Assembly (NCBI GenBank): GCA_964592855.1
Contig: CAZQKI010000004.1
Location: forward strand, 1 to 57,934
Direction of reading: 5' to 3'
Length of the DNA: 57,934 bases
DNA from: an uncultured Lentisphaerales bacterium
Lineage (GTDB): Bacteria; Verrucomicrobiota; Kiritimatiellia; RFP12; JAAYLN01
How positions within the stretch are numbered: the first letter of the stretch is position 1; each line of letters opens with the position of its first letter. A program made the translations under genes and the position numbers. The notes beneath the pieces are model-generated. The model ran no database searches. It had not been told where the DNA came from and was given only the letters and a program-made list of their open reading frames with translations. This document shows positions 9,130 to 16,818 of the stretch, in pieces.

Positions 9130-11769
9130 ATGGCGATAGGTTTCCGATTCCATATGCGCAACTTTCGCAGAGCGAGCGGCGGGCGGGCCGACAGAAACAA
9201 CGGCAAGCCGGCAACGGCACGGACGAAGCCGCCGCAGGCGTTGCCCGGAATCACGCCGCGTTCGTTGATGGCCAGCCTGTTCTGCATGCTGCTGGCGGGC
9301 ATCTTCACCCAGTACTCGATGGTTTACATCTGCGAGAACAACCAGAGCCCGGAGCAGGTTCTGCCGGTGCCGGCCATGGCGGTGCTGGTGCTGCTGGTCA
9401 TCCTCGGCGGCGGTCTGTTCACGCTCTTCAAGACGCGCCTGCTGACACGTGCGGAGATGCTGTGCGTGGTCTTCGCCATGTTCATCGCGGTCCCCTTGAT
9501 GACGCAGGGCTTCTGGCACCGCTTCCTGGGGCTGATCTCGGTGCCGATGCGCACGGCGAGCTTCGACTATCTGGACGCCTTCAACGACAATCTCTGGCCG
9601 CACGGGCCCAACCTGCTGGCGGGGCGGCTGACGCCCGGGGCGCTGGATTCGGAAGGCCAGGCGCCGGTCTGGCGCGAGGTGGAATACGAGGAGGGTCAAA
9701 GTGCCTTCCTGCCGCGGCTGTCGAACAGCACCCCGGAGTCGGTCAGTTCGCTCTCCGTGACGTTGCCGATGCGTGGGGGCGGACCGGCTGATCCCGGCAA
9801 TCCGCATCTCCTCAGCATTCTGGCGCGCACATCGGGAATGGAGACGGAAAGCGCGATCTTCTGCCGCGTCTATGTGGACGACTCCCCGACCTTCAACGAG
9901 GTTTTCACGGCGCGGCGTGCGGACCGGCGCAGCTACCTTCACAAGCTGGGGTTCGAACGTTTGGGGATCTACGGCATCCCGCTGGCGGAGCGCTGCCGGG
10001 AGCGGGTGCGCATCGAGTTTGGACTGCGCGGGCGCGGCGAGGCGGTCTTCGCCGACCCGAAGCTGATGAGCGTCCTGGCGCTCGAGGGCGCCTTCCGCGG
10101 GCGGAAGCTGATGCTGCAGTCGGAGTACGAGGCGCTGCCGGAGGCCCAGCGTCCGGCGGGCGTGGTGATCGAGCCCGACAACCTCTGGAGCCTCGCCGGG
10201 CTTCTCTTTCTGCTGAGGGGGCACATCCCGCTGCGGGAGTGGCTCCGCCCGGCCGCCGTGTGGTCGGCCTACGTGCTGCTGCTGTGCGGCGCCTTCCTCG
10301 CCGTCAACGTCATCATGCGCAAGCGGTGGGCCGAGAGCGAACGCTATCCGCTGCCGAACACGCGCATTCCGCTGCTGCTCTTCGGCGCGGAGGAAGCGGA
10401 CGACAGCCGTGCCCTCCCCTCGATCTGGCGCAACCCCTACCTGTGGGCGGGATTCGCCGTCTCGCTGAGCTGGGGCCTGCTGAAAGGATGGCATGCCTTC
10501 AACGCGCGGGTGCCCGACCTCTCCATCAACGTTGCGCTGGGTCCCTACTTCCAGAATCCCGTCTGGGGCGGGATGTTCAACGTCAATTTCATCGTCAGCG
10601 CCTTCATCGTCAGCATCGCTGTCTTCTTCGAACTGAATGTGCTGATCAGCTTCGTGATCGGCTACTGGATTGCCCGTTCGGTCTATCTGATCGGCTATTT
10701 GACCGATCTCAAGGTCAACACCGGCTATCCCTGGCAAGACCAGCAGACCATCGGCGCCTACCTGGGCTACTTTCTGATTGTGATGATCCTCTCGCGCAAG
10801 TACCTGTGGGGCGTGCTGAAGTCCGCGTTCCGGGGTGATGCGCGAGAACCCGGCGACGTCCTCTCGAACCGTGCGGCGGTGCTGCTGCTGGCGGGGTGCC
10901 ACATCGGCGTGCTGGCCTGGGCCCGTTTGGTGGATGCATCCGGCTTGAGCATGATTGTCTATTTCTGCTTCCTTGTGCTGCTGGGCTTCGTGACCGCCAA
11001 GCTCCGCGCCGAGTGCGGCATGCCCTTCGGTTACTTCACCCCTTACAACGCCATGCTGCTGGTCTCGGCGTGCGGCGGCATGGTTGTTTTTGGCGCCGAG
11101 GGGATGATGGTAGCCCTGATTCTCTCGGGGTTCCTGACCGTGACCGTCTTCTTCCTGATTCCGGGAACTCAGTTCGAGATGATCCAGGTCGGCAAGCGGA
11201 TGGGCGTCCAGCCGCGCCACCTGCTCTACACGTGTCTGCTCGGCGCGCTTGGCGGGCTTTTCATCGGCGGCTGGGTCTTTCTTTCCAACGCCTACGCCTA
11301 CGGGGGCGACAACATCCGCTTCCAGTGGGCCTTCAACGGACTGGACTGGTTCATGGCCCAATACCGGGTTTCGCTGGGGACGGCAACCTCCACCTGGCTC
11401 CGCGACACGGGGGGCATTGAGCTCGGCACGGCGGACTGGGGTCGGCGGACGACTCTGCTCTGGGGATTGATCACCATGGTCCTGACTCTGCTGCGGCAGT
11501 TCTTCTCCGGTTTCTGGTTCCATCCGATCGGCTTCATCCTGGGCAGTTCGGCCATGGACTCCGGGGCCAACTGGGGGAGTCTGCTGACGGCCTGGGCAAT
11601 TCGCGGGCTGGTGCTCAAGATCGGCGGAGCAACGGCGGTGAGGAACAAACTCCAGCCCTGCTTCGTCGGCGTCTTCCTCGGCGCCCTGACCGTGCTGCTC
11701 GTCTTCTCGGTCGTCAACAGCATCGGCGTGTCGCGCGGCGCGTCCAATCTCTATCAGGCGATTCCATGA
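9130..11769 (+). CDS. Large polytopic inner-membrane protein of unknown function (resembles DUF6785/DUF6784-type proteins, from memory)
   Basis: 879-aa ORF with more than 15 hydrophobic helices and a soluble insert of about 230 aa after the second or third helix. The start may be the ATG at 9130 or the ATG at 9154. The stop overlaps the next start (ATGA at 11766-11769). Confidence 0.7.
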   Translation: MAIGFRFHMRNFRRASGGRADRNNGKPATARTKPPQALPGITPRSLMASLFCMLLAGIFTQYSMVYICENNQSPEQVLPVPAMAVLVLLVILGGGLFTLFKTRLLTRAEMLCVVFAMFIAVPLMTQGFWHRFLGLISVPMRTASFDYLDAFNDNLWPHGPNLLAGRLTPGALDSEGQAPVWREVEYEEGQSAFLPRLSNSTPESVSSLSVTLPMRGGGPADPGNPHLLSILARTSGMETESAIFCRVYVDDSPTFNEVFTARRADRRSYLHKLGFERLGIYGIPLAERCRERVRIEFGLRGRGEAVFADPKLMSVLALEGAFRGRKLMLQSEYEALPEAQRPAGVVIEPDNLWSLAGLLFLLRGHIPLREWLRPAAVWSAYVLLLCGAFLAVNVIMRKRWAESERYPLPNTRIPLLLFGAEEADDSRALPSIWRNPYLWAGFAVSLSWGLLKGWHAFNARVPDLSINVALGPYFQNPVWGGMFNVNFIVSAFIVSIAVFFELNVLISFVIGYWIARSVYLIGYLTDLKVNTGYPWQDQQTIGAYLGYFLIVMILSRKYLWGVLKSAFRGDAREPGDVLSNRAAVLLLAGCHIGVLAWARLVDASGLSMIVYFCFLVLLGFVTAKLRAECGMPFGYFTPYNAMLLVSACGGMVVFGAEGMMVALILSGFLTVTVFFLIPGTQFEMIQVGKRMGVQPRHLLYTCLLGALGGLFIGGWVFLSNAYAYGGDNIRFQWAFNGLDWFMAQYRVSLGTATSTWLRDTGGIELGTADWGRRTTLLWGLITMVLTLLRQFFSGFWFHPIGFILGSSAMDSGANWGSLLTAWAIRGLVLKIGGATAVRNKLQPCFVGVFLGALTVLLVFSVVNSIGVSRGASNLYQAIP

Positions 11770-14700
11770 ACCTGAAGCCACCAGTCAGACGGTCATGGGT
11801 CGGGCAGGCGCCTGGAGCGGTGGCCTTCGGCCTGGCGACGCTGGCCGCGGTTGCCGCGTTCGCACTCATCTTCCGGCCGGCGCGGCAAGTCCTGACGCCG
11901 GACTTCGACCGCGCCTACGACCGCTCGGCCATGCAGCAGGCCATGATGCCGGACGCCGTGCGCGGCATGCTGGCCGGGATCGAGAAGCTCGGATCGCGAG
12001 CGCCTGGCCAGCCGGGGCATGTGGCGTTGAGCGAGCTGATTGCCGACCGCTACCGGCAGGCGGGGCTGGAGGTGCTGGAGCAGGAACTGGACACCGTGCA
12101 TCCGTTCACATCACGCGCGAGCCTGACCGTCGACGGCGTGCAGCGGGACATCCCCCTGTGGTCCGCTCCGCCCAACCACGCCCAGCCGCACGTGACGTCG
12201 CCGGAGGGGATCGAGGGCGAGTTGATGCTGGTGACGGATGAAAACATCCGCAACGGAACCGGCTTCGACGAAAAGATCGCACTCATCGATCTCGCCCATC
12301 CGGTGTTCAAGGAGCTGGGGCTTAATCCCGGGCGGTACTGCGAACTGGGCTTTCAAGCGCTGATCGTGTCGCATTCCGGAGGGTTCGACCAGATGCCCTG
12401 GAAGCGGCTGGCTGAACTGCGGCTGAACCTTCCGCTCAACTTCGTCCGGCTGGCAGCAGACCCCGCCATCCTGGACTATGCCGGAAGGCGAGTGCGCCTG
12501 GACGTGCAGGCCGCCTACGAGCAGATTCCCACCCGCAACCTGATCGGCGTGATGCGCGCATCGGGCGGACCTACGAGACGGGCCATGGTCGTGGGTGTCG
12601 CCTACGACGGCTACACGGTACTGCCCGACTTGAACCACGGGTCGCTGCAGGCGCTTCAGGTGGCGCTGCAGCTGCAACTGCTCGACGGCCTTGCACCGCA
12701 CCGCGGCCGCCTTCAGCGCGACGTGATTTTCCTGGCCACCTGCGGCGACTACATGTCCCAGAACAGCCTCGACGCGCTGCTTGCTACGCTGGGGATCGCC
12801 GGCGAGTCGGCGGTCCAGCGGGCCAGGCTGGAGGCGTGCGTGCGCGAGAACGATGCCAGCCTCGCCGCCGTGAAGGCTCTGGGGCCGTGGCTCACGGACG
12901 AAGGTTTCGTCCGCGAAGCCGAATCCAGCGATGCGCGTCTGAGGAGCCTGCCGGCGGCGGCGCGCGACTGCTTCAACGACCAGTACCGGCTGGTGCTGCG
13001 CCGGCGGGTCTTCGACGCCGCCGAAGCGCTGTTGCAGGCGCAGATCCTTTTTGAACGCAACCCCGCCGATCTGGCGGGCGAGCCCTACCACCGCTTCCTT
13101 GCCGCCAAGCAGCGCTACGACAGCCTCAACTCACTAGCGGCCCTGCCCCTGTCGCGCTATCTCAAGCGCAGGGACGCCGGATCGTTCGACCTCCCCGCCG
13201 CCTTGCGCGCCCGTTTCGGACAACTGCTCACGTTTCACGAGATGCGCGCCCGCCGACTGCGGCAGGAGCTGGCCCTGAATACTTTGCTCGGCGGCTATGA
13301 CGAACTGATGCTGCTGGCGCCCGGCCTCTGCCCCACCCTCGAACCACAGGAGCGCGAGACCATCAGCTTCTCCGGGGGCGCCGCAAATATCCCTTATGCG
13401 GAGGCCGCCAATTCATTCCGGAGCCTGCTGCAGGACGCGGTCTTTGCGCTGGGGCTCCAGAAGCAGGTGGCGATCGACTTCCGCGGCGCCCGTCACGGCA
13501 ACCAGATGGCCTCCTATCTCGCGGGCATGCCGCTCTTCGCATTCCCCTGGTCCATCCTCTCGCATCCGGGCTTTTCGGTTATTTCGCCCCGCAACGACTA
13601 CAGCAACTTCCTTTCGCCACTGCCGCTCCCCGCCGTTACCAACCTCGCCAGCATCGCCGCCTCCATGCAGGTGCTTGGCGAAGCTGCGCTGGCGGCGGCC
13701 CATGGACAGGGTCTCTTCCGGCCGCTCCAGCGCAACTACTACAACACCTACGCGCTGCGCGGCTCGATCTACGCCGCCGGGATCGGCAACGCCGTGGTTC
13801 CCAATTATCCCGTCGCGGGCGCACTGGTCTGCCGCCGGGAGGAAAGCGGATCCGAGCCGCCCCCGGGCGGCTATCAGAGCAAGAACTACTTCTTCTCCGA
13901 TCCCTATGGACGGTATGAGAAGGCGATGCTGACGTTGCCGTTCCCGAACTGGAACAACACCGCCCCGGTCGAGGCCGCCCTGTTCGCGGCCGATGGGAAG
14001 ATCACCCACTTCAAGGACAGCGGCCTGTCCGCACAGAATATCTACAGCTCACGCCAGATCACCTACGACGGCCTGCCCGCCAACCTGATCCTCTACCGCG
14101 GCAGCCCGGTGGCGATTCTGAACCGGATCAACCCGCAGTCGATGCGCAGCTTCACGGGCGTTGAATTACTGGCGGTGCGAGGTTTGGCCCCCTTCGCCAG
14201 CAAGGCCTCGTTCATCGCCGGCGCCGGGTTCCTGGAATTTGTGGATCCCAAGGCACGCTTCTTTGTCGCCCTCAAGGCCGGCGCCCCCGACAACGAGCAG
14301 GTGGCCACCACGCGTGCCTTCTGCCTGGGGACGCGCGATCCCGCCTTTGTGCCCCGTCCGGATCAGGAGATCGACGGCCCCGGCTACCTGGCGCAGGACA
14401 CCCCCCTGCTTCGCAACGTCGACGCCGAGGCCGCCGCTTCGATGGCCTTCCTGGCCGACAAGCGGCTGAACCTGCAGGCGCGCTACGGCATGGCCGACGA
14501 GATGACCGCCCGCTTTCACGCACGCAGCCGGGAGGCCATGGACACGGCCGGCCGGCCCGGCCGGAAACTGCTGGCGCGCCTCGCCGACTACCGTCAGGCC
14601 ATGTCCTACCAGATTCTCAACCATCCGGTCATACGCGGCACCATTTCCGAGGCCGTCTGGGGCATCCTCTGGTACATGGGACTGCTGGTTCCCTTCGTCT

Positions 14701-16775
14701 TCTTCTTCGAAAAGCTGGTCTTCTGCTACACCGACATCCGCAAGCAGATCACGGCGCAGGGCATCATCTTCCTGATCGTCTTCCTGCTGCTGCGCCTCCT
14801 GCATCCGGCCTTCCAGATGATCCGATCCTCGGTGATGATCCTGCTGGGATTCGTGATCATCCTGATCTCCGGCGGCATCACGATGGTGCTCTCCTCGAAA
14901 TTCCACGAGAACCTCGATGCGCTCCGGCGGATGCAGGGCGCCGTCAAGGGGGCCGAGGTGAACACGATGGGCGTCATGCTGACGGCCTTCATGCTCGGAC
15001 TCAACAACATGCACAAGCGCAAGGTCCGCACCGGCCTGACCTGCGCCACGCTGGTGCTGATGACCTTCGTGATGATCTGCTTCACCTCGGTGCAGAGCAG
15101 CATCGTGGACAAGGAGCGCGCCCTCGGCAAGGCCGCCTACCAGGGGCTGCTGCTGCGGGAGCCGCGCTTCACGCCGATCAGCGCCGGGGAGATATCGGCC
15201 CTCGACGGGCGCTATGGCGGGACGTTCACCGTCAACGAACGAATCGCACTGATGGGCCGATACGCCAACGGGCAGATGCTGGGGCAGGAACTCGAGATCG
15301 TCCAGGGCGAGGGACCGACGGCCAGTCGCCAGATCGCCAAGTCGGCACTGCTTTTCCGCACCACCGAACCGCTGCGGAACGAGATCCGGCTGCTGACCAC
15401 CAACGGCTGGTTCACCGCCGCGCAGGCCGTACGGGCGGCCGGGCCCTTTCCAATCATGCTCTCCGACAGCATGGCCGACACGCTGGGTCTCTCGCCCGCC
15501 GATGTTGACGCCGGCAGCCGGCGGGTGAAGGTCAACGGGGTGAGCTTCGATGTCCACGGCATCTTCGAAGCGGCTTCGCTGGAACAGGCGTGCGATTTCG
15601 ACGGCGACACGCTGCTGCCGTTCAACGCGGAGGCCGTGGTCAACCCGCAGGTCAGCGGCGGCAGCCTGCTGGCCGAGCGCGACAATCCGCGCATCCCCGC
15701 CGACCGGGTGATTCTGGGGATGGTGGGCGGTTTTCCCGTGCAGGTTGCCGGCGAGCTGCGGACCGTTTCCGTGGCCGTCGACATGGGCGATGCCGGATTC
15801 GCCGCCGCCAAGCGCGAGATCACAGGCTATCTCGAGCAGACGGGGCGGCAGACCTGCTACGGGCTCGATGGCACGGCCTATCTCGGTCAGCGTGCGCGCC
15901 GGAAGTCGCTGGCGGGCATGGCCGACCTGCTGATCCCGCTGGTGATCGCCGCCTTGACGGTGCTCAACACGATGAAGGGTTCGGTCTACGAACGGCGCGA
16001 CGAGATCTTCGTCTACAACGCCGTGGGGATCGCGCCGCGCTATGTCTTCTTCATGTTCGTGGCGGAGGCGCTGGTCTACGCCGTCGTTGGGGCGGTGCTC
16101 GGCTACATTCTGAGCCAGGGAACGGGGCGCGTGCTGACGGCACTCAACTGGACCGGCGGCCTCAACATGAACTTCACCTCGATCTCGACGATCTACGCCT
16201 CGCTGGCGATTGCGGCGGCCACGCTCTTTTCCACTTTCTTCCCGGCCCGGTCGGCCATGGAGATCGCCAAACCCGCTGACAATTCGGGCTGGACGCTGCC
16301 CGAGACGGAGACTGATGAACTGGCGTTCGACCTGCCCTTCACCTTCACCCACCACGACCGGATCGCCGTACTGGGATTTTTCCACAACTATTTCGTCAAT
16401 CACGGCGAAGGGAGCGCGGGGCCCTTCTTCGCGGCAGAACCGAAGCTGACGCTGAGCGAGCGCCGGGATGAACTGGCCGATGGCGCCTGCATTCCGATCC
16501 TTGAGGTGCTGGCGTGGCTCAAGCCCTTCGACCTCGGGGTGTCGCAGTTCATCGTGATCGAACTGGCCACGGATGCCGCGACGGGCGAATACATCTCCCA
16601 CATGCGGCTCCAGCGCCGGACGGGCGCGCGGGAGTCCTGGATGCGGCTGAACGCACCGCTGGTCGGGCGCATCCGCCGTCACTTCCTCCATTGGCGCGCC
16701 GTCTCGGACGAGATGAAGCAGGAGTATTACGAGCGGGCGCGGAGCCTGCTGGAAAAGCAGCACCCTTTACGCTAA
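11766..16775 (+). CDS. 1669-aa fusion protein: N-terminal TM anchor, degenerate M28-peptidase/PA-like ectodomain, unknown roughly 600-aa region, TM cluster, MacB/FtsX-type permease module, C-terminal cytoplasmic domain
   Basis: M28-like signatures: GSRAPGQPGHVALSELIADRYRQAGLEV and NLIGVMRASG...VVGVAYDGYTVLPDLNHGSLQAL. FtsX/MacB signatures: LNNMHKRKVRTGLTCATLVLMTFVMICF (TM1), an extracytoplasmic domain of about 290 aa, then YERRDEIFVYNAVGIAPRYVFFMFVAEALVYAVVGAVLGYIL plus two more TMs. Confidence 0.85.
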   Translation: MNLKPPVRRSWVGQAPGAVAFGLATLAAVAAFALIFRPARQVLTPDFDRAYDRSAMQQAMMPDAVRGMLAGIEKLGSRAPGQPGHVALSELIADRYRQAGLEVLEQELDTVHPFTSRASLTVDGVQRDIPLWSAPPNHAQPHVTSPEGIEGELMLVTDENIRNGTGFDEKIALIDLAHPVFKELGLNPGRYCELGFQALIVSHSGGFDQMPWKRLAELRLNLPLNFVRLAADPAILDYAGRRVRLDVQAAYEQIPTRNLIGVMRASGGPTRRAMVVGVAYDGYTVLPDLNHGSLQALQVALQLQLLDGLAPHRGRLQRDVIFLATCGDYMSQNSLDALLATLGIAGESAVQRARLEACVRENDASLAAVKALGPWLTDEGFVREAESSDARLRSLPAAARDCFNDQYRLVLRRRVFDAAEALLQAQILFERNPADLAGEPYHRFLAAKQRYDSLNSLAALPLSRYLKRRDAGSFDLPAALRARFGQLLTFHEMRARRLRQELALNTLLGGYDELMLLAPGLCPTLEPQERETISFSGGAANIPYAEAANSFRSLLQDAVFALGLQKQVAIDFRGARHGNQMASYLAGMPLFAFPWSILSHPGFSVISPRNDYSNFLSPLPLPAVTNLASIAASMQVLGEAALAAAHGQGLFRPLQRNYYNTYALRGSIYAAGIGNAVVPNYPVAGALVCRREESGSEPPPGGYQSKNYFFSDPYGRYEKAMLTLPFPNWNNTAPVEAALFAADGKITHFKDSGLSAQNIYSSRQITYDGLPANLILYRGSPVAILNRINPQSMRSFTGVELLAVRGLAPFASKASFIAGAGFLEFVDPKARFFVALKAGAPDNEQVATTRAFCLGTRDPAFVPRPDQEIDGPGYLAQDTPLLRNVDAEAAASMAFLADKRLNLQARYGMADEMTARFHARSREAMDTAGRPGRKLLARLADYRQAMSYQILNHPVIRGTISEAVWGILWYMGLLVPFVFFFEKLVFCYTDIRKQITAQGIIFLIVFLLLRLLHPAFQMIRSSVMILLGFVIILISGGITMVLSSKFHENLDALRRMQGAVKGAEVNTMGVMLTAFMLGLNNMHKRKVRTGLTCATLVLMTFVMICFTSVQSSIVDKERALGKAAYQGLLLREPRFTPISAGEISALDGRYGGTFTVNERIALMGRYANGQMLGQELEIVQGEGPTASRQIAKSALLFRTTEPLRNEIRLLTTNGWFTAAQAVRAAGPFPIMLSDSMADTLGLSPADVDAGSRRVKVNGVSFDVHGIFEAASLEQACDFDGDTLLPFNAEAVVNPQVSGGSLLAERDNPRIPADRVILGMVGGFPVQVAGELRTVSVAVDMGDAGFAAAKREITGYLEQTGRQTCYGLDGTAYLGQRARRKSLAGMADLLIPLVIAALTVLNTMKGSVYERRDEIFVYNAVGIAPRYVFFMFVAEALVYAVVGAVLGYILSQGTGRVLTALNWTGGLNMNFTSISTIYASLAIAAATLFSTFFPARSAMEIAKPADNSGWTLPETETDELAFDLPFTFTHHDRIAVLGFFHNYFVNHGEGSAGPFFAAEPKLTLSERRDELADGACIPILEVLAWLKPFDLGVSQFIVIELATDAATGEYISHMRLQRRTGARESWMRLNAPLVGRIRRHFLHWRAVSDEMKQEYYERARSLLEKQHPLR

Positions 16776-16818
16776 CCTACCCTTGCCTAGTCACGATTAA
16801 CGTTGCCACCCTACAACC

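Noticed and set aside
8563-11781. 1072-aa ORF on the minus strand, opposite the 879-aa membrane-protein gene.
   Set aside because: The translation is Arg/Gly/Pro/Ala/His-rich low complexity with no motifs. The plus-strand frame encodes a coherent polytopic membrane protein. It is a typical antisense open frame in GC-rich DNA. The same applies to 14166-16763 (-), 12111-13091 (-), 3698-5164 (-), 7126-8478 (-), 31583-33523 (-), 34830-36497 (-), 46930-49032 (-), 16843-18147 (-) and 24699-26231 (+).
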